A DNA stretch of 64,000 bases from Nitrospirota bacterium. GTDB lineage: Bacteria > Nitrospirota > Nitrospiria > Nitrospirales > Nitrospiraceae. A program made the translations under genes and the position numbers. Every line of letters begins with the position of its first letter. Position 1 is the first letter of the stretch. The notes below the pieces were generated by a model. It saw only the letters and a program-made list of their open reading frames with translations. It was not told the DNA's origin and did not search any database. Shown here piece by piece: positions 31,352-41,453 of this stretch. The stretch spans positions 32,001 through 96,000 of the forward strand of contig CAVPGK010000015.1 in NCBI GenBank assembly GCA_963703955.1. Reading direction: 5' to 3'.

Positions 31352-32203
31352 GTGACCTTCGCCGAGCGCATGCTCCGCCTCGACCGCCGCATCATCTTTC
31401 TGCTGATCGGCCTGTGGGGACTCTGCTGCCACTGCTTTATCCTGTCGGGCTCCGATCAAGGTGTCACCGGAAGTCCGTGGGGTGTACGATTACATCGACG
31501 AGCTTCCCGAAGGCGTCGGTGTTCCTGCTGTCCCTGGATTTCGATCCTGCCTCCAAACCGGAACTCTACCGCAGGCGATCGCTCTTCTGCGCCACGCGTT
31601 TCGAAAAAATCTACGGGTCATCGGCATGACCCTTTGGCTGCCTGGCACGGGCATGGCAGATCAGGCATCTTTCAGGTGGCAAAGGAGATGGACAAAGTGA
31701 ACGGGAAGGATTATGTCTTTCTTGGGTGGAGCCCCGGAGTCGGGTCACTCATCATTACCCTGGGGCAGGATCTCTACAAAGCGTTTCCCAGCGATTACTA
31801 CAATCAAGCCCACCAAGGACTTGGCGGTGCTCGAAGGCGTGCGCAACACTGCGGGACGTCAATTATGTGATCAGCCTAGCCGCCGGCATCGGCGGGCATT
31901 GAGACCTGGTATGTGTTCGGAAGAGACAAGTATCGGTTTCGAATTGGGCTGGAGGCTGTACCGGCGTGATTGCGCCGGGCCTGTATCCCTTGCTACGCAG
32001 CGGTCAGATCAATGGGCTGATCGGTGGCCTGCGAGGCGCGGCGGAGTACGAAATCCTGGTCGGCAAGAAGGGGCAGGGCGGTGGCCGGCATGGATGCGCA
32101 ATCGGTGACGCATTTTGTGATCATCGTCCTGGTGATGTTGTGCAATGTGTTCTATTTCATGATCCGCTGGCGCAACGGACGGATTGGACAATGCCTGAGA
32201 TGA
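31352..32203 (+). CDS. Membrane-anchored alpha/beta protein (gene F); several indels
   Basis: Stitched: LDRRIIFLLI (TM)...YDYIDELPEG..LLSLDFDPASKPEL...GKDYVFLGW...GCTGVIAPGLYPLLRSGQINGLIGGLRGAAEYE...MDAQSVTH + TM. Confidence 0.7.
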
Positions 32204-32956
32204 GTTGATTCTGACGCGACCCTGATTGGGAGCATGGGTGGCGGCGGGCTTGACCCTCTTCATCTTCAGCTTTCTCTACAAGGACAATCCGTTGTTTAAG
32301 CTGGCGGAGCATCTCTACATCGGGAGTCTCTGTCGGCTACACCATTGTCAAGACCTACGACACGGTCGTGGTGCGCCTGATCTATGAACCGATGATTAAG
32401 CAGGGCGACTGGTCGCTGTTAGTTCCATTGGCCATCGGCACGTTAATGCTGGCGCGCGTATGTTCCGAAAGCCACGTGGCTCTCCCGCATTGCCTTCGCG
32501 TTCATCGTCGGGGTCGGGTCGGGATTGGCGATTCCCCGAATCGTCTCCTCGTACATTTTAAAACAGATCGAGGATACGGTCAGGCCGTTGGCGTCGATGG
32601 TGCCGGGAGAAGGCCTGACCTTCACCTACAGCCTGGCGGAGCCGTCCAGCAACCTGAACGCGATTGTCCTGCTCATTGGGGTCATCTCCGTTCTGTTTTA
32701 CTTTTTCTTTTCGATCGAGCACGCCGGGCCGGTCAGGGTGGCGGCGCGTATCGGAATTCTCTTCCTGATGATCTCGTTCGGCGCAGCTTTTGGTTACACG
32801 GTCATGGCTCGTATGTCCCTGTTGATCGGACGCCTCTCCGACCTCATTGAATACAGCTCCCCCCAATACGGATGGGCTTCCCTCGTCCTGCTCGTGGCCA
32901 CGATTCTCACGCTGGTTCTTGCCAATAGTCGCGGTAAAGAGGAAGAGCCCAAGTAA
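32200..32956 (+). CDS. Polytopic membrane protein (gene G); several indels
   Basis: Stitched: WVAAGLTLFIFSFLYKDNPLFKLAEHLYIGVSVGY...VLFYFFFSIEH...FLMISFGAAFGYTVMARMSLLIGR. Confidence 0.72.
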
Positions 32957-33034
32957 CCGTGAACGGGGCGACCATCCGGTAGCGGACCCGCGCCCGGTTG
33001 GAGTACCATGTGGCGATAGGATCAAGGGCATCGC

Positions 33035-34285
33035 ATGAGTGAATCGATCAAAGACCCCACACGGTTTCCCGTTTTGCGGAACCTGCAATTCTCCCCGCTG
33101 AAGCAGCAGGACGAGCAGTATGTGGTGCTCTGGGATCCGACCGGACTGACCGCGGAAAAACTGATCGTACCGTTAAACTATTTTTATCTGCTTCAGTTTT
33201 TTGACGGTGAACATTCGCTTGATCAAATCGGCGCAGAGTATCTGAAAAAATTCGGGGAATTCTTCACGCTGGACCGACTGGAGAAGCTGGTGGCCGACTT
33301 GGACGCGAAGCTGTTCCTGGAAGGCGAACAACTCGCGTCCGCAAGGCAGGCGGCAATTGCGGCCTATCGTAATTCACCTATACGGGTAGCGGCCTATGCC
33401 GGCAGGAGTTATGAAGCGGATGGAGAGAAACTGACACGCCAGCTTGAAGGATTTTTTGCCTCCAAAGAAGGGCCGGGGTTCCGTCCATCAGAAAACAAGG
33501 GCAAGAAGATCAAGGGCCTCGTCGCCCCTCACTACGATGTGCGACAAGGGGGCCCGATCTATGCCTGGGCGTATAAGGAACTCAAAGAAGCCGAGGCGCC
33601 GGACGTGTATGTAGTGGTGGGTACCTGTCAAGCCGGATTGACCAATGGCTTTGCGATCACCGACAAGGACTTTCAAACACCCTTGGGTGTGGTGCCGGCC
33701 GATCGCGACCTGTTGGATGGCTTGCGCAAGGCTGGAGGCGCGATGTTCTTTGAAGAAGACTCCGCGCATCGCAATGAACATTCCATCGAGTTTCAACTCC
33801 CATTCCTCCAACATACCGTGGGACGCACCAAGGCGTTCACCATCTTGCCGATCCTGTGTGCCTTTACCCCGTCCTCGCTCGTGGAACCGGAGTGCAGAGA
33901 ACTGATCGGGAAGGTTGAACTGTGCATCCGATCGTTGAAGGCCGCCATGGCAGAATCGGGGAGGAATGTCTGCGTGATCGCCAGCGTCGAACTCGCCCAT
34001 ATCGGCGTGCGATATGGAGATAACAAGCCGCCGACCGACTATTCGTTTCACAAGTGCATGCAGACCGATATGGAGATGCTCAAGCACGTAGAGAGTCTCG
34101 ACGCGGACGCCTTTGCCAAATTCATCCACAAGGAAGGTGACGCGCGCCGGATCTCCGGCTTTGCGGCGATCTATACATTATTGAAGCTGATCCAGGCGGA
34201 AAAAGGACAGGTGCTCCGGTACGACCGGGGAGTGACGGATCAGTTCAATTCGACGGTGACGTATGCCAGCATGGCGTTCTTTTGA
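33035..34285 (+). CDS. amrB: AmmeMemoRadiSam system protein B (MEMO1 family) with N-terminal PqqD/RRE-like domain
   Basis: AGRSY, APH, FQTPLG, EHSIEFQLPFL, TVTYASM; N-terminal VVLWDP...FFDGEHSLDQI...LVADLD. Confidence 0.85.
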   Translation: MSESIKDPTRFPVLRNLQFSPLKQQDEQYVVLWDPTGLTAEKLIVPLNYFYLLQFFDGEHSLDQIGAEYLKKFGEFFTLDRLEKLVADLDAKLFLEGEQLASARQAAIAAYRNSPIRVAAYAGRSYEADGEKLTRQLEGFFASKEGPGFRPSENKGKKIKGLVAPHYDVRQGGPIYAWAYKELKEAEAPDVYVVVGTCQAGLTNGFAITDKDFQTPLGVVPADRDLLDGLRKAGGAMFFEEDSAHRNEHSIEFQLPFLQHTVGRTKAFTILPILCAFTPSSLVEPECRELIGKVELCIRSLKAAMAESGRNVCVIASVELAHIGVRYGDNKPPTDYSFHKCMQTDMEMLKHVESLDADAFAKFIHKEGDARRISGFAAIYTLLKLIQAEKGQVLRYDRGVTDQFNSTVTYASMAFF

Positions 34286-34306
34286 CTACTGACTGCTGCG
34301 AGCTTC

Positions 34307-34828
34307 TCACTCCTTCACCGTAATCGTGATCTCGATCGGCTGCAGCGGGTTGTCGCGTTCATCGCGCTCCATCGCCACGATCTTGTCGGCGACTTCGATA
34401 CCCCGAATAACTTCACCGAACACCGTATAGCGACGGTCGAGGCCACTGGCGTCCATCACGCAGATAAAGAATTGAGAGCCGCTGTCGGTGAAGTCGCGCG
34501 TGCTGTTGCTTTCGCGCGGCAGTTTGGCCATGGAAATGGCGCCTCGCTTGTGGGGCCGGTCGTTCGGTTCGGGAGGTATGCCAAACCCCGGGCCTCCTGT
34601 CCCGTGGAGGGATCGATCCGGTGTCTTGCTCAGCGGATCACCCCCCTGAATCATGAATCCGGGAATGACTCGGTGGAACGTGGTCCCGTCATAGAACCCC
34701 ATCTTGGCAAGATTGAGGAAGTTCTCCACGTGCCGGGGGGCGGCTTCCGGGTAGAACTTCAGTGTCATGTCCCCGAACTTGGTGGAGATCACCGCGCGCG
34801 GGTTCTTCTTTTCAAACTTCATGACCAT
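34307..34828 (-). CDS. Cyclophilin-type peptidyl-prolyl cis-trans isomerase
   Basis: FYDGTTFHRVIPGFMIQGGDP, SMA, GSQFFI, YTVFG. Confidence 0.93.
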   Translation of the reverse strand: MVMKFEKKNPRAVISTKFGDMTLKFYPEAAPRHVENFLNLAKMGFYDGTTFHRVIPGFMIQGGDPLSKTPDRSLHGTGGPGFGIPPEPNDRPHKRGAISMAKLPRESNSTRDFTDSGSQFFICVMDASGLDRRYTVFGEVIRGIEVADKIVAMERDERDNPLQPIEITITVKE

Positions 34829-34866
34829 GATCGGAAATCTATCAGGGATGAACGAGCCTTCGCAAC

Positions 34867-36198
34867 CTACCGTCGGAGACCCACCACACCGTCTGCGGGT
34901 TTGATCCGAACCCACATGAGTCCGCCCGCCAGCGCGACAAGGGCGGCGGCCGCCAAGGCCGCCGACCAGCCCATCTGCTCGGCCAGCCATGGCGTCAGAG
35001 TCGGGGAGAGACTCCCGCCCACATTCGCGCCCGTGTTCATCAGTCCGGAGAGAGCGCCGGCGTGTGCTTTCGACAGGTCGACGGTCGAAGCCCAGTAGGC
35101 CCCCACGGTGAAATAGAGCCACCCGGCCCCCAATGACAAGAGAAGGATCGCGACCACCGGCGATTCTGCGAACGCTCCCAGGAGAATCGAGAGGGAGGAG
35201 AGCGCCATGCCTGATCCCCCAACGTAGGCCCGTCCTCGATTGATGCCCAATCTGACTGCCAGGTAATCCGTCATCCATCCTCCGAGCGGACAAAAGATTG
35301 TGATGGCCAGGAACGGGACCGAGGCAAAGAGCGCGCCCCTCAGCACGCCGAACCCGCGCACATTGACTAGGTACAGATAGAACCACGACATGTAGACGTA
35401 GGCGACGTACCCCAGACAGGTGTAGCTCAGCACCAACCACCAAATGGTCGGCGTTCGAGCGAAGCGCATCCAAGATCGGCGCGTGAGGGCCTCCATCCGA
35501 GGCCCACGCTTCTGTGCGTGGAATCCCTCAATGAGGGCGAGCTCGGCAGCGTTCACATGCGGATGGTCTGCCGGCCGATCGGTCGCGTAGAAGTACCAGA
35601 TGGCGGCGATCACCAGACCGAGCGCGGAGGCGGCGTAGAACGCCGTTTGCCAGCCGAAGTTCACCATGATCCAGGCGGTGAGGGGAGGCGTGAGCGCCGA
35701 TCCGATGCCGATGCCCCCGATGGCAATGCCGATCCCTAACCCGCGTTCCTGTGGGGGCAACCAATTGGCCACGGTGCGGTTGAAGTTCGGCAGCGCGGCG
35801 GCTTCGCCAACGCCGACGAGAAAACGGACGAGGATCAACGCTCCCAAGACGCCCACCAGGGTCGCCATGGGCAGCACAGCGGCTACGGCGGTCAGAGCGG
35901 TAAAGAAGGACCACCAGATAATGGCCAGTGTGAGGACACGCCGGGCGCCCCATTGATCTCCCAGCCAGCCCCCGGGAATTTGACAGATGGCATAGCCCAC
36001 AACGAAGGCGGAAAACACCTGGCCCATCTGCAGGTCCGTCAGCCCCAGCGCAGGCATTATCTGCCGGGCCGTGACAGAAATGTTGACCCGGTCCATGTAC
36101 GTGACGACGCTGATCGAGAACAGCAGCGCCGCTATGCGCCAGCGAATCCGCGTTGGGCTCACATCTGTGGGCACATGATTGGGGAGCCGGCTCTTCAC
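34867..36198 (-). CDS. MFS transporter (anion:cation symporter-like)
   Basis: YMDRVNIS, GWLGDQWGARR motif A, RFLVGVGEA, ~12 hydrophobic segments. Confidence 0.9.
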   Translation of the reverse strand: MKSRLPNHVPTDVSPTRIRWRIAALLFSISVVTYMDRVNISVTARQIMPALGLTDLQMGQVFSAFVVGYAICQIPGGWLGDQWGARRVLTLAIIWWSFFTALTAVAAVLPMATLVGVLGALILVRFLVGVGEAAALPNFNRTVANWLPPQERGLGIGIAIGGIGIGSALTPPLTAWIMVNFGWQTAFYAASALGLVIAAIWYFYATDRPADHPHVNAAELALIEGFHAQKRGPRMEALTRRSWMRFARTPTIWWLVLSYTCLGYVAYVYMSWFYLYLVNVRGFGVLRGALFASVPFLAITIFCPLGGWMTDYLAVRLGINRGRAYVGGSGMALSSLSILLGAFAESPVVAILLLSLGAGWLYFTVGAYWASTVDLSKAHAGALSGLMNTGANVGGSLSPTLTPWLAEQMGWSAALAAAALVALAGGLMWVRIKPADGVVGLRR

Positions 36199-36470
36199 GG
36201 TCGAATGGTTGTGGTCATCTCGTCATGCCCTGCCTGTCGGACGGAGGCCAGAATTATCAAATTTCCCCTCATGAGACAAGCGAGTGTGAGGAAATGGCGC
36301 ACGAAATGATGAAGGCAGAGAAGGGACTGACTTCCCGCAATCCTTCTAAAGTAGGACGCCGTTGTCCTTCAGCCGAATTGTTCACTCAGGCTCGTCGCGG
36401 TACAAGAAGCACAGACCGATGGCTAGATAACAACCACTAGTCCTAACCATCCTAAGATAAGAAAGACAGC

Positions 36471-36683
36471 ATGGCGATCATGGCACAGTGGCGATGGCTG
36501 GCTCACTCCCTGTGGTCCCGATTGATAGAACCCCCCACGAGTTCCACCGAGTCGGATGAGTTACTACGACACATGGCTCTCGCGGAAGCGCCTGGCGCCA
36601 TCTGGCCGATTCCAGGCTTCCGGACGCTTCCGCCCACGGAGATGCCCCACACGACCACGACGAGGCCACGGTTCAAGTCGTGA
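36471..36683 (+). CDS. Possible small hypothetical protein
   Basis: 70-aa ORF after a purine-rich leader in a ~1 kb gap; no recognised motif. Confidence 0.35.
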   Translation: MAIMAQWRWLAHSLWSRLIEPPTSSTESDELLRHMALAEAPGAIWPIPGFRTLPPTEMPHTTTTRPRFKS

Positions 36684-37257
36684 TCATCACCTCGCAAGCT
36701 ATATGGAGATGAGAGTGGAGGGGATACTTTGCACGCAAAGTAGCACAGTCTATCCTCCTGTAGACTGTCCCCTCCGCCAATCTCTTTGTGCCAGTCCACC
36801 ACTGCAACTTCTTCCTAGCGAAAGTTCTTACTAGCCCGTCCATCCGATCTGCACGTTTGGCTCACCTCTCGACAATCCAGAGATCGGCCTTGAGCACAAA
36901 CTCATATGCTGGAGACCCGGACCACGGGGGTTAGTACTCAAGAATCTTTTCGGACACAGCATTTATCTGTTCAGATACCGCTCCACAGTTGTGATTGGAC
37001 TCCTTGCCCACCTCTCACTTTACAAAGTTATTGTAAGTTCTTCCCTTTCTCTTAGGCATCGCCAGAACGATCCCGGTACTGGGTAGTGGGTCCAGAAACC
37101 CGATGGTTCTCCCGGCGGCATAGTTCGGGCAGGGCGGGATGTGAGAGCAAACCAAGTCATGTAGCCAAGCAATTGTGATGATCCAGTCTTGTCACGAACG
37201 GGTTGCGAGCTTCTTCAGGTAGCAGCGTCGACGGTCCACATCAGCGAACCGGCCCGT

Positions 37258-38635
37258 TCAGGTTTCCGTCACGCTTTGAATCGACTGTCTCACGATGTCC
37301 ACCATACGGGTCAGCTCCTTTCGGCGAGGTGATGAGCGGCGGCATCAGGACCACCACGTTCCCTAATGGTCGGAGCAAGAGCCCGCGCCGGCGCGCTTCC
37401 ATGGTCGACCTGATGACCGATTCGTTGCCCCGGAGGGTAGGGGGTGCGGGTCTGTCGATCCTTGACGAGTTCAATCCCCACCATAAAGCCACACTGCCGG
37501 ATATTGCCCACATGTCGGACGCACCGCGAGGGGTAGGAGGAGGCGGCGCAGCAAGGCGATCCGGGAGCGCAGGCGGGCTAGCGTCCGTTCTGTTCGAAAG
37601 ACTGTGAGGTTGGCCAGCGCAACGGCGCAGCCCAGCGCGTTGCCCGTGTAGCTATGACCGTGAAAGAAGGTCTTCCAGTCCTCATAGTCGCCGAGGAAGG
37701 CGCGATAGATTTCTTCGGTCGTCAAAGTCGCCCCGAGCGGAAGGTATCCTCCGGTCAGTCCCTTGCTGATGGCCATGAGATCCGGCGTCACCTGCTCGTG
37801 GTCGCAGGCAAACATTCGTCCGGTTCGCCCAAACCCTGTGGCCACCTCGTCCGCGATCAGCAGCACGTGATACGGTGGTGCAGAGCTCTCGAATGCGCGT
37901 TAGATACCCGGGAGGCGCCGTGATCATCCCCGCGGCCGCCTGCACCAGCGGTTCGATGATGAGCCCGGCGATCTCCCGATGGCGCCGTTTGAGCAGGCGC
38001 TCGATGGGATCGACGCAGGCCAGCTTACAGGACGGATAGGTGAGTCCGATTGGACACCGGTAGCAGTAGGGCGGATCAACGGAGAGGGTCGGGAAGAGCA
38101 GCGGTTTGAACCGCTCATGAAAGAGCTCGATGTTCCCGACGCTCATCGCGCCGGCGGTATCGCCGTGATAGGCCAGTTGTAGTTTAACAAAGGTGTGCTT
38201 GGTCCCCGCGTGCGGCTGACGTTGCTGCCAGTACTGGACCGCCATTTTCAGCGCGACCTCAACTGCCGTTGAGCCATCGTCGGAGTAAAACACCCGGGTG
38301 AGTCCCCGCGGTGCGACTCGAATCAGCTCCCGAGCCAGCTCAATCGCCGGAGGGCTCGACAACCCCAGTAAGGTGCTATGGGCGATCCTTTTGAGCTGCA
38401 TCCGAAGTGCCCGGTCGAGTCGGGGATGCCGGTGTCCGTGCACATTGACCCAGAGAGAGGAGATCCCATCCAGATACCGCTTTCCTTCAGTATCGATGAG
38501 GTAAGGGCCCTTACCATGGCTGATCATCACAGGCTGTTCCCGCACCCATTCCTGCATCTGGGTAAACGGATGCCAGAGATAAGCATGGTCCCATTGCGTC
38601 AATTGTTTTGTCCGGGTTTGAAGTGACGGACTCAT
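37258..38635 (-). CDS. bioA: Adenosylmethionine-8-amino-7-oxononanoate aminotransferase; about four indels in the 3' half
   Basis: [69 protein letters not shown]; ends QSVTET*. Confidence 0.92.
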
Positions 38636-38699
38636 GAGGGAATGATCACACTCGATCTACTGACAATTGCGCGAGCGATTATAACTAAAAATATACTTG

Positions 38700-38819
38700 C
38701 AGGCTGCTCAAAAAGGTCGTCAGCAAGGCCACAGGGAGCAAGGACTCCGAGGCGTGCAGTGTGAGTACGTTGAGGAGGACTCGCGACTGAGAACGCTGGA
38801 GGCCTTTTTCAGCAGCCCG
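38700..38819. mobile_element. MITE-like element, reverse orientation relative to the 44933 copy
   Basis: TIRs CAGGCTGCTCAAAAAGG / CCTTTTTCAGCAGCCCG; reverse complement contains GTTCTC..CCTCAACGT..ACGCCT..GGCCT.GCTG. Confidence 0.85.
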
Positions 38820-38833
38820 GCGGGGGATAGTCT

Positions 38834-38862
38834 TTGACATCCCGCGGATCAGTCCATATAAT
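38834..38862 (+). promoter_or_regulatory. Consensus sigma70 promoter of the lepA operon
   Basis: TTGACA-17 bp-TATAAT. Confidence 0.85.
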
Positions 38863-38879
38863 GAGCCGATTTCCTTTGA

Positions 38880-40691
38880 ATGAGCCGGGATTTGCAAAGC
38901 CACATCCGGAACTTTTCGATTATTGCCCACATCGATCACGGGAAATCCACCCTCGCTGACCGGTTTCTTGAGACCACCGGCGCCATCACAGCGCGCGAAT
39001 TCCGCGAACAGATCCTTGATGCGATGGACCTCGAGCGCGAGCGCGGGATCACCATCAAGGCTCACTCGGTGGCGATTCGCTATCAGGCCGATAACGGCCG
39101 GACCTATGCGCTTCACCTGATCGATACGCCGGGACACGTCGATTTCACGTATGAGGTCTCCCGAAGCCTGGCAGCCTGCGAGGGTGCGCTCTTGCTGGTC
39201 GATGCCACGCAGGGGGTCGAAGCCCAGACGATTGCCAACGCTTATTTGGCGATCGCCAACAATCTCCACGTCATTCCCGTCATTAACAAGATCGATCTTC
39301 CGAGCGCCGATATCGAAGGGGTCAAGCACCAGATTCACGAGGTGTTGGGCCTGGACGTTACCGATGCCCTGCTCGTCAGCGCGAAAGAGGGTCGGGGAGT
39401 TCGGGAGGTCTTGGAAGCGATCATTGCCCGTGTTCCTCCGCCGTCGGGAGATCCGGAGAAACCGCTGAAGGCCTTGATTTTTGACTCCTGGTTCGACAAT
39501 TATCAGGGGGTGATCGTGCTGACGCGGGTGATCGACGGCATTATTCGGCCCGGGACGAAAATCCGGGTCATGTCGAATGACAAGGTCTTTGAAGTGAGCG
39601 AGGTCGGACAGTTCACTCCGAAACGCACCAAGATCGACGCGCTCGGAGCGGGCGAGGTCGGCTACGTGTGCGCGAATATGCGGGAGGTGGCCGACGTCAA
39701 GATCGGCGATACGATGACCGACGCGGCCCGCTCGACCGACGCGCCGTTCCCCGGCTATAAAGAGGTCAAGCCCATGGTCTTCTGCGGATTGTATTCCACG
39801 GACACGGCCAAGTATGAAGACCTGCGCGACGCCTTGCAGAAGCTTCGTCTGAACGACTCGTCCTTTGTGTATGAACCCGAAACATCGCTGGCGTTGGGGT
39901 TCGGGTTTCGATGTGGGTTCCTGGGGCTGTTGCATATGGAGATCGTCCAGGAGCGTCTCGAACGGGAATATGAGCTCACGCTCATCACCACGGCCCCCAC
40001 GGTCGTCTATCAAGTCCACACGACGGCTGGCGAGACCCTCTTGATCGACAACCCCGCGAAGTTGCCTCCCCCGTCGGCGATCGATCGGTTCGAGGAGCCG
40101 TTCATTCGGGCCACCATCATCAGCCCGGAACGTTACCTCGGGAACATCCTTCACCTGTGTCAGGAGCGGCGCGGCGTGCAGCAGGGCCTTCAATATCTTG
40201 ATCCCACGCGCGTCATGTTGACATATGAATTGCCGCTCAATGAAGTCATCCTGGACTTTTTCGACAAGCTGAAGTCGAAGACGCAGGGGTATGCCTCTCT
40301 GGACTATGAACTCATCGGCTACCGGGAGGCTGATCTTGTCAAGCTGGATATGCTGCTCAACGGCGAAACGGTTGACGCCTTGTCCTTCATCAGCCATCGC
40401 GACAAAGCCCAGACCCGCGGACGCCAACTCGCAGAGAAAATGAAGGAGCTGATTCCCAAGCAAATGTTCGAAGTTGCGATCCAAGCCGCGGTCGGCAATA
40501 AAGTCATTGCCCGCGAGACGGTGGGGGCGCTCAAGAAAAACGTCACCGCCAAGTGCTATGGCGGCGACATCACCCGGAAGCGAAAGCTGTGGGAAAAACA
40601 GAAAGAAGGCAAGAAACGCATGAAGCAGGTCGGCCGCGTGGAAGTGCCTCAGGAAGCGTTTCTGGCGCTTCTGAAGGTGACGGGCGAATGA
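38880..40691 (+). CDS. lepA: Elongation factor 4
   Basis: [44 protein letters not shown]. Confidence 0.97.
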   Translation: MSRDLQSHIRNFSIIAHIDHGKSTLADRFLETTGAITAREFREQILDAMDLERERGITIKAHSVAIRYQADNGRTYALHLIDTPGHVDFTYEVSRSLAACEGALLLVDATQGVEAQTIANAYLAIANNLHVIPVINKIDLPSADIEGVKHQIHEVLGLDVTDALLVSAKEGRGVREVLEAIIARVPPPSGDPEKPLKALIFDSWFDNYQGVIVLTRVIDGIIRPGTKIRVMSNDKVFEVSEVGQFTPKRTKIDALGAGEVGYVCANMREVADVKIGDTMTDAARSTDAPFPGYKEVKPMVFCGLYSTDTAKYEDLRDALQKLRLNDSSFVYEPETSLALGFGFRCGFLGLLHMEIVQERLEREYELTLITTAPTVVYQVHTTAGETLLIDNPAKLPPPSAIDRFEEPFIRATIISPERYLGNILHLCQERRGVQQGLQYLDPTRVMLTYELPLNEVILDFFDKLKSKTQGYASLDYELIGYREADLVKLDMLLNGETVDALSFISHRDKAQTRGRQLAEKMKELIPKQMFEVAIQAAVGNKVIARETVGALKKNVTAKCYGGDITRKRKLWEKQKEGKKRMKQVGRVEVPQEAFLALLKVTGE

Positions 40692-41443
40692 GTCTGGATC
40701 CGAACCAACGGCAGATTGAGGAAGCGGGCGGCACATCCGCCGACACGGTTCCCGAGCCGGCGGTGGAGACCGCTGCGAGGCACCATCACAAGTCAATTCT
40801 GCGGGAATACGCCGAAGCCATCATCCTGGCGATGCTGCTGGCGTTCGCGATCCGCGTGTTCATCGTCCAGGCCTTCAAGATTCCGTCAGGCTCCATGATC
40901 CCGACCCTTCTCATCGGCGATCATATTTTGGTCAGCAAGCTATCCTACGGCCTTCAATGGCCGGCGGATTGTAAGCTCCGCATGAGCTTTCCGCCCGTCA
41001 CCTGTTACACCACCAAGACCATTGTGTCGTTCGGAGAGCCCCAGCGCGGCGACGTGATCGTCTTCCGGTATCCGGAGGATGAGGAAAAGGACTTCATTAA
41101 ACGCATCGTGGGACTGCCGGGTGACGCCATTGAGGTCCGCAACAAGGTGGTCTACATCAACGGGAGGTCGAGCGACGACCGAGCCTATACCCAGCGAGTC
41201 GATCCGGGCACCATTGACGGATCGATCAATCCTCGTGATAATTTCGGCCCAGTGACGGTTCCGGAGGAATCTTACTTCGTCATGGGTGACAATCGGGATC
41301 AAAGCCTCGACAGCCGGTTTTGGGGATACGTCCGCGCCGAGAAGATCAGAGGCAAGGCCTTTCGCATCTATTGGTCGTGGAGCGGCCACGGCGACTGGAA
41401 GCAGTGGGTGCGGTGGGATCGGCTTGGCAAGGCCATCCGATAG
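40688..41443 (+). CDS. lepB: Signal peptidase I
   Basis: [35 protein letters not shown]. Confidence 0.95.
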   Translation: MSLDPNQRQIEEAGGTSADTVPEPAVETAARHHHKSILREYAEAIILAMLLAFAIRVFIVQAFKIPSGSMIPTLLIGDHILVSKLSYGLQWPADCKLRMSFPPVTCYTTKTIVSFGEPQRGDVIVFRYPEDEEKDFIKRIVGLPGDAIEVRNKVVYINGRSSDDRAYTQRVDPGTIDGSINPRDNFGPVTVPEESYFVMGDNRDQSLDSRFWGYVRAEKIRGKAFRIYWSWSGHGDWKQWVRWDRLGKAIR

Positions 41444-41453
41444 GAACGGTGAC

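Noticed and set aside
34829..35473. 388-aa ORF suggesting an extended cyclophilin
   Set aside because: The upstream part is an alternative frame over the MFS gene; cyclophilin similarity starts near 34828.
36420..36570. Second attC candidate (GTCCTAAC ... GTTACT)
   Set aside because: No complementary L boxes or stem between the putative R sites.
38655..38690. BirA operator upstream of bioA
   Set aside because: The weak inverted repeat (7/11) has arms in the opposite orientation to the BirA consensus.
38685..40796. 703-aa minus-strand ORF, and similar long antisense ORFs (18866-19837, 61650-62408, 43576-44304)
   Set aside because: Shadow frames of lepA, apbC, dnaE and pyrG in GC-rich DNA; no motifs of their own.
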